From Ginkgo biloba (lineage: Eukaryota; Plantae; Ginkgophyta), in contig JANKJI020000004.1 of assembly GCA_024626585.2 (NCBI GenBank), positions 111,143,249-111,165,075 on the forward strand: a stretch of DNA of 21,827 bases, read 5' to 3'. Positions 1 to 10,533 of the stretch are shown in pieces. The notes below the pieces were generated by a model. That model did no database searches, had not been told where the DNA came from, and was given only the letters and a program-made list of their open reading frames with translations. Numbering within the stretch: the first letter of the stretch is position 1; every line of letters starts with the position of its first letter. Position numbers and translations under genes: made by a program.

Positions 1-20
1 TGGGGGCATAGTGTCTTTGC

Positions 21-535
21 ATGTAGGCGGTAATCAAAGCATGTTGTTGTCTTCAAACCTTATTTTAGTATTTTCTCTCAATCAATTGATTGTTGAATTC
101 ACATATGTGGGCTAGGTATCATTTAAATGCCCGGCCTTGTGAATTCTTCCTAAGAAGGATGAGATGATGAGAAGCTATAGAAGAGGAGGGGGAGGTCCAA
201 TAGTCTAGGACTATTGTAGTTTTCCTTCAATTATTTGATGACCCTTGTATTTACCTATTATTTAGACTATAACTTATTTTCGTCTTTGAATGTGGTAGCC
301 CATTGGTATGGTCACATAGCTATTAGTATGCTATGTTGATGTGTAAAATACATATGTAGGTTGTAATCAAGGCATGTCATCAACTTCAAACCTTATTTCA
401 ATATTTTCTCTCATTTCAACCAATTACTGAATTCATAGATGTGGGCCAAGCGCCACTTAAATGCTTGGCCTTGTGAATTCTTCCTAAGAGGGATGAGAGC
501 ATGAGAAGTTGTGGAAGAAGGGAAGGGGGAGATCC
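21..535. repeat. Diverged direct repeat, two ~180-bp copies (21-198 and 354-535)
   Basis: Shared blocks in the same order: atgtagg..gtaatcaa.gcatgt, cttcaaaccttattt, tattttctctca, tgaattca, atgtgggc, ggccttgtgaattcttcctaaga, ggatgaga, atgagaag, gggggag.tcc. Offset about 333 bp. Confidence 0.9.
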
Positions 536-2339
536 TTTCCCTTCACACCCCTATGTGGTTGTTGTTGGCTTAAATCCTTCACCCTTGGACATTTTGCTTG
601 GCATTAGGAGCGGGAGATTGTGAAGAGTTGCCTCAACTACCCATTTAAAGATTCAAAGTTAAGAGCCATTTAAAGGGCAGATTCAATTTGCCTCATTTTC
701 TCCTCTTGTTGTTTCAAGGAGTCTTAATAAGGGCCATATTTATATTTAAAAGGATTTATTAGAAGTGATTTCTAGAGAGTGTGGCGGAGAAGAAAATAGT
801 GACTTTGAAGGTGTTGGAGTACCGAAGCAAATAGGAGGATAATCAAGGGATGAGTTTCCATTGTTACATTTCCTTTTGGGATTTATTTTGTTGACCATAG
901 CTTTACCTTGCTCAACAATGGTGATTTCTCCTTTGAGTCACCATTGGATGTGTTGGAAATGGAAGAGAATTGGGCAATTTTGAGCCACCTTTTTGATACC
1001 TTTTTGTAACATGAGACTAACTTTGTTTTACCAATGTCAAATTTAGTACAAGTGGTTGTAAGCTCCTTGATCTTGTTCAAAGTAAGAAGTTTGATTGCGG
1101 GATGGGTTGAATAGTCTATGGAAAATGCTCAATGCAGATAAGTTGTTGCAAAATGTGTTTCAAATAGGACATCATGTTGCACGACTATGGGAATTCATTT
1201 TGGCTTGTGTATGCTTTTATTTAGAGTCTAGTCTAGTCTGGCAAGTCGTGTAGGCTTAAGATATGTGAAAGTGTTTGTGGAGGCAACAGAAAGGATTGGC
1301 ATGTAGGTCGGATGAAAGATGACCCAAAAGAAAGGAGTAAGATATGAAGTCTACAACAATGTGATCACTAGAAAGTATTTTGAAAACTAAAATGTATATA
1401 TTAAGGTTTCTAAGGGTATGATTTGATTTTTCTTTAGTCCTTGAGATGTGGTCCTATAGCCCTTGGTTGTATGAGAAGGGGTTTGGTTAATGAAGTTGCA
1501 TATGATTCCCTATGTGGTTGCCAAAGTGTTGTCTAGTTGTCTTGCTCCAAGTGCCTTACATAATGACAAGAGTGAGTTGGGTCTTTGTGGGAGGGTTTTA
1601 ACTTCACCCTTTTATTGTAATTTTTGTATTAATTCTTTCTATCTAATGAAAACTTCCTTTACAATGAAAAAAATGTTTGCCCTTGTATGTTAGTGGAAAA
1701 GATACCCTCCACCTTTGACACTTTTGCAAATGTACATCCGTCCATATCTTGAGGTATCATTGGACATGTGCATCCTTGAACATGGTGTAGTTGTGTCAAT
1801 GCATTTCGATAAGTTTGAATCAATTATTTTGTAGTTATTGTTGTTGTAGATTTTTGTTTTTTGGTTGTCTTTCTTTGTACCTCAGTTGCAATTGCTTCTT
1901 CTTTAGTTGTATATTCTTCATCATGACTTATGGGGTCTAAGCTACTAATCAAGTTAAACTCACTAATGGCATCATCAAAATTCATGATGTCTTGCTCTAT
2001 TTAGTATGTCTCTCTTTCACCATCGTAGATTATTTGAAATTGCATAGTAGTTTACTAGTTCAACTATGTCATATTCCTCTTGCAAACAATGCAACATGCT
2101 ACTAATCGAAACATCGTCTTGGTCAAGTATAAGTTCTCTTTGAATGTTGGGTTCCTTGGACATATCTTCATGTACATTATTTGGGTCTTTTATAGAGTGA
2201 TTTGTTGATTAGGCTTACAAATTTGCTATTTGCTTGGAGGAGATTGTAGTGTTGGATGCATTGTCATCTTCGTTAATCTTTTGGGTTGTGGTCTATTTTT
2301 GACTAGTGGTTATATGACTCTTTTGCAATGAGTAATTAG

Positions 2340-2660
2340 GGTGAAAGTTTATTTGCCCCAGTCCTAGATTTCTTCTATAATGACAACCATTATTGTCCCA
2401 ATAGTGCATGCTAGGAAACTTTAGATACATGCATTTGAATGATTGCAAAGTCTTATTGCAATTCCTACAATGCACATTGGTGTTGCTTCCAACATATCGA
2501 GGGATCTAATTTTTACTTGATTGGCCAAACAATCGAGTAATTAAGTGGTTTTAATTTGTGTCTTTTGAGCTCCATTCATCTTGTATTGGGTAGCATGTTT
2601 ACTCCTTACCCTTTATCCATGATTATTTTGCAAATTATATCTACAAGCTTACACTTGGAT
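2340..2660 (-). mobile_element. Degenerate Ty3/Gypsy aspartic protease (retropepsin) relic
   Basis: Minus-strand translation across frameshifts and stops: IIMDKG*GVNMLP...KLKPLNYSI/LANQVKIRSLDMLE..MCIVGI...ALLGQ*WL...DWGK*TFT. This matches the Gypsy protease pattern D-x-G-S-G-V-N...MADQ...LLGRPWL...DWG. Confidence 0.75.
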
Positions 2661-2949
2661 CAAAACCAAATTCAATTGTGTATTTTTGATATGTTAGCTA
2701 TCTTAGATTTCACTCCAAAATAACGTGCTTTCTACCACTCAATGATGGACGTTAGATGAAATCTTATGGTAAATTTTTGTGCCTGTTTTTTCAAGTAAAT
2801 TCTAGAGTTTCACTCAACTAGTACTTAAGTCAATTCCTAGATGCTTGGGNNNNNNNNNNNNNNNNNNNNNNNNNNNNNNNNNNNNNNNNNNNNNNNNNNN
2901 NNNNNNNNNNNNNNNNNNNNNNNNNNNNNNNNNNNNNNNNNNNNNNNNN

Positions 2950-3444
2950 CAAAAACATGAAATGAAGGTGGTAAACTATTCAGTATGATATTACAAAATC
3001 TTTATTCTCCACTGTTTCTCCAACGACAATCAACTACTCTCGAATCTCTTTCATCTTCATCAAGTGATTAACCATCGAGTCTCCTTTGGTCATCTTGGTA
3101 CTATATAGTTGATTATGCAAGCACAGGATCCTTGTTTCGTTTGGTGTCTCATATAGGTTGCTAAGGGCATCCCATGCCTCCTTTGATGTATTCAATCCAT
3201 GAACATGTGGGATTAAATCATCTATGATGGGCACCCTGTGATGGCCAATCCCTCCCTATCACGATCTTCATAAGATTCGACTTCCATAGGATTATTTAGT
3301 TAAGTCTCCTTTCCTTTAACTCTACTGATTAGTTTTTGTATAGTTAAAATGTTCTTCATTTTTAAATTTCCACACACCATAGTTGTTTCCGTTTAATTTA
3401 TGTGAGTGTGGGAGAATAAAAGTTTTCATACCACCTCTGACCAT
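2950..3444 (-). pseudogene. gag: Ty1/Copia gag (UBN2/Retrotran_gag_2-like), frameshifted and truncated by an assembly gap
   Basis: ATG at 3444, then MVRGGMKTFILPHSHKLNGNNYGVWKFK/MKNIL... and IDDLIPHVHGLNTSKEAWDALSNLYETPNETRILCLHNQLYSTKMTKGDSMVNHLMKMKEIRE*LIVVGETVE. Contains the typical Copia gag motifs KLxGxNYxxW and TAKEAWDxL. Confidence 0.88.
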
Positions 3445-4367
3445 TTTTATAGCAAAATTGGCTTAAAAAAGAGTAAAAAAGTGCATTAAATTTGATAAAA
3501 TCCCTTTTAGCCCCTTTAATCCCTTTCTTCAGGTATTATGACTCCAATTTGACTTCACATTTGAAAAATAAGCACCTTTTAATATTTTGTTCTCCTAAAG
3601 TGCATTCTCAGGAAAATTTTGAATTAAAAAAAAAAAATTGATCGACCTGTTGGCCTCGTACGCATGATTTCTTTGCAATTGATCCGATCTTCAACTTTCT
3701 CTTTCCAAATTTGCATGGTTTTTGCAAGTGACTTCGATTTCTTCTTCCCAACGTTCTTCGCCCAATTTTCTGTCTCTTGATGTTCACAATTGTTCCTTCC
3801 CTTTCGGCTTCTTTTGCTTTACGAGGGGTGTTTGGCTTTCTCCTTAGGTTTTTCATCTCCTGTTATGGATTTGTCACACGACCTCTTGGCCTTCATTTCC
3901 CAGTTTCTTCCTATGCATGACTTTCTCCTTGGTTCTATAGGCGTGTTGAGTGACATGCAGTGTCTTCTTCTTGGTCCTTTTTAGGCATGGTTTTGCCCAG
4001 ATTTTTCCCAATTTCGTTCAACACTAATGTTGCTTTTTCTCCTGGCAAGATGCCTAGGTTTCTCTCGACCTTGTTTGGTGCTATCTCTTTCTTTCTTCTA
4101 GTGACTTGTGTTTGGGGCGTCTTTCAGTTCAAGGTTGTTTGTCATTTCTTTGGTGGTTCTTCAGGCTCTCGATTCTTCTCCCGACTGCAATATTGTAGTG
4201 ATCTCCACCCTTGTCTCTCTTAGTGTGGTCTTTGATTTTCTTCAACCCATGCGAGTTCTTCACAGTTCTTGAGATTGGAATTCTCCATAAATCATTCGTC
4301 TCTCCTTTTTCGAACTCTTCTTCGAACCTTCCACCTAGGTAGGTATTTCACTCCTCCCTCAATCCTA

Positions 4368-4406
4368 CTCTGATACCATGTAAGAATTCTCACAATTCTG
4401 ATACCA
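4368..4406 (-). promoter_or_regulatory. tRNA-iMet primer binding site, present twice (4368-4378 and 4396-4406)
   Basis: Plus-strand ctctgatacca and ttctgatacca read TGGTATCAGAG and TGGTATCAGAA on the minus strand, adjacent to the LTR end. Confidence 0.9.
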
Positions 4407-4750
4407 TATAAGAGATTCTCACATACACAAAGTGCACAGTAGAAAGGAATAGTCGAATATGAGAGACTTTTGAATATTAATGATTGCTCTATATTAAGTT
4501 CTCTATCTTATTACAGAAATAATGTTACATATAAATACATGAGATTCAATANNNNNNNNNNNNNNNNNNNNNNNNNNNNNNNNNNNNNNNNNNNNNNNNN
4601 NNNNNNNNNNNNNTGTCATGTTAGTGACATTACATTAATTAAACATAAACCTGAAATAAACCTAAGTCTAATGTTTCTAACATTAAACCTATCCTAATAT
4701 TAAAACTAACTCTAATTTTTACATATAAATTAAACATTACATATCTAACA
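4379..4750 (-). repeat. 5' LTR of the Copia element (~370 bp including an N gap)
   Basis: The minus strand begins TGTTAGATAT at 4750 and ends ...CTTACA at 4379 directly before the PBS, giving TG...CA termini. Confidence 0.75.
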
Positions 4751-6035
4751 ATTTAGTGGCTTGATCATTGCAGGGTAAATGCAGTAGCTAAAAATCTTCT
4801 CAAAGATTTAAATGAATTGNNNNNNNNNNNNNNNNNNNNNNNNNNNNNNNNNTTATAGTAAAATCTTGCTAATCTACAAAAGTTTTGGCTTTGCTGAAGG
4901 CAACAGAAAGGCCAATCAATTCAATAATACTCGAGTATTTTCTAACAACTGTCCACCCCATTAATAGTCAAGGATTTAGAGGAAGATTGAATTCTAAAGT
5001 TCATAGGAGGCATATATTCTCCAATTCAGTAAGAGTTGCATTACATAGGTGTCACCACATTGGATAATGCCTTTACGTTTGCACTTAATGTTGAAGCAAC
5101 AATACAAATACATTGTCCACACCAAAACCATAGGTCCAGTTCCTTTACAAGGTATGACAAAATAAAAGAGCAAGAGAATGTTGAAGACTCATTTAACTAT
5201 TTAAATAAACCTTTACAAAGAGGTCCCATCAATAAAGGTAACCTCATTTCTTTGGAAACAAGTCCTATAATCTTGAAAAATATTTTGATTTCATAATGTT
5301 TTTGGGCATAGCACCAAAGGGTGTTACACCTTTAAGCGAAGACAAAATATATTGACTTCCTAATCCTTGATGGAAAAGAATGAAGAAGAAGAATTTCAAC
5401 TGAATAGACAGACAACAATGGATAAAAAGCTTGCTCTTATGTCTTAGTAGATACGCATGGGAGAGCAAGACAACCTTTTTATACAAAGACCTCAAATTAA
5501 GGATCATGTGACAATAGAAAGAAGAGTGCTAAAAATTCACGCAACAACAAAAAACTATTGACTCTCAAATCCTTGGAATGAAGAGGAAGAAGAAACTCAG
5601 CTAAACGGACAGGGGAAAAATTTGTTTTTATCTCTTATTCCATAACCATGGGAGAGTGAGAAATATTTCTTAGGCAAAGAGCTCTAATTAAGGATTAGTT
5701 GGTCAATAAAATCTTAGATAATAGGAGCATGAAAAGCTTCTTCTTAGCATCTATTGTGTTTACTCCTAAGATTCCTATTGAGGATCATCCATCTCCTTGT
5801 TGAGTGGAGTGGTCTTTTACAAAAGGTTCTACCACTATTGTGGGCAATGCTTGTGATTTGAGTTTGCTATCAATTCATACATAGGTACAATTGCATGTGA
5901 TGTAGTATCTTTGGACCATTGAGATTTTTTTTTGCACACCTTATCAATATGGCAAGGAAGTTACTTATGATTGTAACACAAACACATACAACTTCAAGGA
6001 AGAATGGTAACACTTATGTTTTTCCATCTCTTCCT
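4751..6035 (+). pseudogene. Degenerate Ty3/Gypsy gag, zinc-knuckle-like motif and aspartic protease
   Basis: Gag at 4898-5098: RQQKGQSIQ*YSSIF*QL...ILKFIGGIYSPIQ*ELHYIGVTTLDNAFTFALNVEA. Knuckle-like motif at ~5281-5330: YFDF/HNVFGHSTKGCYT. Protease at 5702-6030: ILDNRSMKSF...IPIEDHPSPC*VEW...FAINSYIGTIACDVVSLDH*DFFF/TPYQYGKEVTYDCNTNTYNFK, resembling chromovirus/CRM-type CDVVPMDACHILLGRPWQFD. Confidence 0.85.
5350..5708 (+). repeat. Diverged ~190-205 bp direct duplication in the gag-protease linker
   Basis: Anchors: tattgact at 5350 and 5556, aatccttg and gaatgaaga in both copies, catgggagag at 5456 and 5647, aattaaggat at 5495 and 5686. Confidence 0.75.
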
Positions 6036-6718
6036 ATTAAGACATGAAAATTCTGCTTCACATGCTCTCTAGAAAGACACTTGTCACCCCTTATTAACAA
6101 TTCTCCATGCTTCTATCAAAACCAGTTCCATTAGAGGTTCCCATGACCCATGCAGCATGGAAGGGTTTTCATCCTTCAAATATTTCTTTAGATCCTTCCC
6201 ACACATTAGAAGACATTGAGGAATCTATTGCTCCTTGATCAATATGTCAAACGTTCTCCAAACTTATTTGGATATGGAGGTTTATAGTCAACCATTGTTG
6301 CAAGAAACACTGCCCACATCAACAACACTCAATGGGGTTCAGTCGCTTAAATACTTGTTAGCTTCTCTTCATATACCTCACTACTCTCAATCGATGTGGA
6401 CACTTGCTTCTTTAGTAGATTGTTATAGGTGAGTGACATTGTTTCTCCTCTTTTGGGAGATGGATCTTTGATATCCAACACATTTGGAAGTAACCTACAT
6501 TGCTTCCTATTTTTAACTTGGGATGGAGGTACATAGCATTTCCTAGAAGTTTTTTGGAAGCACACAATGCTCTTCCCAATATTGTTTCCTCTTTGGCATA
6601 TCCACCCTCGTCCACATTTCTTTGGATGGCCATTGAGTACTTACTTCCTCCAATAACCTTTGTGGATCTCCATTTTCCTTTGTAAGGATTAGGTTGCACT
6701 AGTAACATCAAAACACAT

Positions 6719-7240
6719 GAAGGGGGGAATTGAAGTGCGTCAAGGGTCACATTTGACACCTTTTCTGCTAGTGACATATTAGCATTGTAAATGTTCAAAT
6801 TCTATTATATTGGATGAAGATTAGGGGAATCTACCAATTTTATCCACCTTCTAGAATAAAATAAGATTAGCTTCATTACCATTTTTTTAATGATACTGAA
6901 GCCTACATTTTATTTAGCCTTTAGAATAAGGAATATTCAAAGCTCATTGAAGTTGGAATTTCGTACATATAAAATGTGGTTAATTATTCCAAGGAATAAA
7001 CAATTTTGGAAAGGTTGGGTAGAATTGGAAAGAAGAAAATATTTAGGTATTCATAGCCTATTGACTCAGATTCATCATACCTTTGTCTAGAAGATTTATA
7101 TTTGGGACTTTGTTTCCCTTTACATTTATCGATTGGCATTTCCTTTCTTGTAATACAACTCTATCTAGATTGTTGTGAAAGATTGAGCTTGCCATCCATT
7201 TCCTTGCTATTGTAGATGGTTAAGGAAGGACACAATTGGT
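6719..7240 (+). repeat. Polypurine tract (6719-6729) followed by a probable 3' LTR starting TGAAG at 6731; right boundary uncertain
   Basis: gaaggggggaa-t-TGAAGTGCG lies downstream of gag-PR on the same strand. No second LTR copy is available in the window to fix the end. Confidence 0.5.
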
Positions 7241-7839
7241 AATTTTTTTTTCATTTTGTTTTTTTTCCCAATTTTTCCAATTTCATGCTTAAAGGAGAGT
7301 TCTTGAGTTAAATTTTGTTTACAACTTCCTCATTCTTCGAACCCCTTAGTGCTATATAATTTTGGAAATATGTAACTATTCCGCATCTTAAACCTACATG
7401 TCAACATTATTAATATTTGCAGCATAGATAATCATTAGAGTACAAATGCATAAGAAATAACTAACATACAAGCAAATACAACTGCATTATAGGCTCAAAA
7501 GNNNNNNNNNNNNNNNNNNNNNNNNNNNNNNNNNNNNNNNNNNNNNNNNNNNNNNNNNNNNNNNNNNNNNNNNNNNNNNNNNNNNNNNNNNNNNNNNNNN
7601 NCTATAATTTGTTTGGAAATCTATTTCAATGGTCACACAAACATTATAAGTTATACCATCTTCTAATATGGAAAGAAATCAACTATTGAAAAAAAATGAT
7701 CATCATGTCATTTGCAATTCCCATACTCTTCTTAGCATTCACAAGATCACATAGTCTACATGCATAATAGAAGTTAGAGAATAAATTTGGTTAGTATTTC
7801 ATGGACATGGACCTTTCCTATTGACCTAGGATGTGAGAT

Positions 7840-8490
7840 TTTGTCAATCTTCTCCTCACTTATCAAACATTCAATTTTTTATAAATCTACAATAGTAGTT
7901 ACCCATGCTATGGCTAAGGCTAACCATATGTACTATGCCTAGGTGATGATGGTTTCTTAAAGGATTGAACTGGGATTTAAGACACTCAAATAAAACTTCA
8001 TAGAAAATTCCACGAGCCAAGGAAAATGTCAAAGCAAATGTACCCTTCCTGAAACCTCCTGAAACCTTCTTCCTTATCTTCTCCTATGGCATTCCCTTAT
8101 TAGTGATATGGAGAAGTCCTAGAGCCCTAAGGATGGCTACAATTGATTTGGAGTAATCTTAGTCTTGAAGAAGGGCATTGGCAATCCACCCTTTAAATCA
8201 TTTTTCCTCCTACCCCTTGAGTAGGACATGTGGTTGAGAGACGATTTGGAAGATGGTTGTGAACTGAGGTATGCATTTCCCTCCATCTTCTACAATAAGG
8301 TTTTCTTATTTTTTTATCAACTTATTTTGGGCTTGGATGATATGTATTTCCTTCTCTTGGGCCCTTCTTAATCGTTTCCCTCTAAGGGTTATTACATTTC
8401 AAGTGGCAACGGTGCCTTAGCTTAATCAAACCTTCTTTTTAATAGCTTGAGTGGCTAATCAAAGGGTAGAATTTAGATTTGATTGTGCAT
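7840..8490 (-). mobile_element. Possible highly decayed Gypsy gag C-terminal relic
   Basis: Fragments KFYP..PLKLLK..LP and TY...HSMGNY...KIECLISEEKID loosely resemble FTPL...C-x-YH...GH...C..L..KIE.LI..G.I. Several frameshifts are needed. Confidence 0.25.
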
Positions 8491-9706
8491 TTAAATGGTT
8501 TACCATTGTCTAATCTTTCTTCAGTTTTGAGTTTTCATCTTCAAGTAAAGTTTGATCAAACTTTGTTTTTTGGAGGGAGAAATTGAATACTAGAGATTTT
8601 TGTTGGATGTTAAAGGAGGACATAGATTCTACTTGCCACGCCACAGATTTCCAACAGACCTTATTTTTTAAATTCCTTAGACATGGTCATTGGAATTTGA
8701 CATCTCTAGGGCAATTGCAGATGCCTTGTCCACCCTTATGCTAATCATAATTCGAATGTTGGTTATGGGTTCTCTCCTACGGATTCCACAACTTGTTAGC
8801 CTAGTCCTAACACAAGGAAAAATTAACATAAAGATGCTAAGCCCCACAGGTTGTGATATCGTGCAAACTGCTACTTTCTTCAAAATACTCCTATTGCATG
8901 CCAAGTAGGGCTCTATTGGAATAGATGCCTATAACACTAATCCTTGTATGATTGAGTTGATACTATGCGATTTGCAACAGTATTAGGCATGGAAACAATC
9001 TAAATCTTAAAGGATTATTAAGGCGATGCAATGTTCTATGCTCATTCTAACCCGAACAAATGTCTTGTGTTATGTATGTGACGAAGGAACTTATACAGGA
9101 AGGTAGGGGCTTGCAACAGTATTGTTCAATGAATCTTCACATATTTATGTGAAAGCGTTTTTCTAATAATGATTTATGCCAAAAGCACTTGCTTCAAATT
9201 TAAACAGGCCATAGTTATTTCTGCAAGTTGTTTATATGTCACTGATGGAAATGTCCTATATCTGTGGATAAATATTTCAGTTTTTTAGACTATGTACTTC
9301 TTGTTGTCATAAGCATTTGTAGGTTCTTCATAGTATATATTTGTTTTATGGATCATATATTCAATAATTGGTATCAATTGCATGATAGTGCATGTGTATG
9401 ATTGTATATATGTGTAAGATTTTTTAGTTCCTGTAAAGTATTCTCATAAATTACATATGTAGTATTGCTAAAATCCCAACTAACGGGGAATTGAATATGT
9501 CACTGTTCCAGATATTTTTGTTAATGCAAGTGATTGAGCTAAAAGAAAAATCTTTTTTTACAAGTTAATGATTTGTTAGCTTGTACAAAGGTATAGGCAG
9601 CTCTGGTAGAGCTTGAATGTTACCATTATATATATCAATTATTAATGAGATTATGTTCTATATAACAGGTTACAATTTGATTTTACTTTGGACTTCGTGG
9701 TTACAG

Positions 9707-9760
9707 GATCTTGAGAAATATGCAGGCCCAAATGCTGTGCGTGAATGGAAAAAATTACTT
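9707..9760 (+). CDS. Internal 54-bp coding exon (phase 0-0) of a host gene; probable carotenoid isomerase-like (CRTISO-like, At1g57770-type) FAD-dependent oxidoreductase
   Basis: T-rich tract and acceptor ttacAG (9705-9706), 18 uninterrupted codons DLEKYAGPNAVREWKKLL, donor GTAAGA at 9761. From memory the peptide matches ...SRIGPTEFFK-DLEKYAGPSAVQEWEKLL-GAILPLS... of the plant CRTISO-like protein. Not database-verified. Confidence 0.85.
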
Positions 9761-10533
9761 GTAAGACATTGTCCAATTCAGTTCTTTAAAATCTGCAATA
9801 AGCCTATTTTATGCTAGATGATACTGCTGATTAATGCTTACAATTCATCCATGGTGGGGTCTTGAATTTTTAAAGTATTCCTGGACATTAATTTTCTTTT
9901 TTTACAAGCAAACTACTGATTTCAAGATAACAAGTTTATACAGAGATTAAACCGATGCATTTATGAATTCTAGAAGGAGAGATTAGGGATAACTCTTCTC
10001 AATCCATTCTGATTGATAACTACTCTAGATTCAACAAAGTTTCTCATAAGCTTTGTTGCACTACAACTTTCATTCTTCATTGTTTTTGGTTGTGTTTCTG
10101 GTGCCTTCTTTCACTAATATGTGGTTAAGAAGAGTCCTAGCTCCTGCTATCTCTCTTATAGCAAACATCTGTCTGCTCTAGTTCATATTGAAGTACCACC
10201 CACTGTCAACAATGCATGTGTGGTATGTATGATCCTTTTCTTTCTGCTTGCCTTATCATGTTACATGTCTAAAAATCTAGTCATATCAATCTTCATGCAT
10301 TTTTATAAAAATTAAGTCGCACCATACATGTATGAATTCTAGTATGAGGAGGGGGGCAATGATGAAATATCTGGGATATGGAGCCATGATAAAATTGTGG
10401 TTTTTAAAATATGTCTCTATTAATAATTACAAATAAATCTTGAAATTACACATCAAAATTGAAATAAGATGTCATTTTCATCAACTCTGAAATTTTAAAT
10501 AACACAATTGTCCACACACCAAATCTGAAAGTA

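Larger units (their letters stand above)
2950..4750 (-). mobile_element. 5' half of a Ty1/Copia LTR retrotransposon (LTR, PBS, leader, gag)
   Basis: LTR, Met-tRNA PBS and gag occur in the expected order on the minus strand. The 3' part runs into the 100-N gap at 2850-2949. Confidence 0.85.

Noticed and set aside
540-1680. Possible L1 3' end (RNase H-like traces, A-rich tail near 1645-1675)
   Set aside because: No convincing motif could be read and the tail is short, so it is left unassigned.
6412-6798. 128-aa minus-strand ORF beginning NIYNAN as an L1 endonuclease
   Set aside because: No other APE motifs (GDFN, SDH), and it overlaps the PPT/LTR of the + strand Gypsy element.
9617-9817. Whole 66-aa ORF as a gene
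   Set aside because: Only 9707-9760 is exon-like; the rest is intronic read-through on either side of the splice sites.
10346-10365. Purine tract gaggagggggg followed by TGATG as a PPT/LTR start
   Set aside because: No upstream retroelement coding relic or identifiable LTR end supports it.
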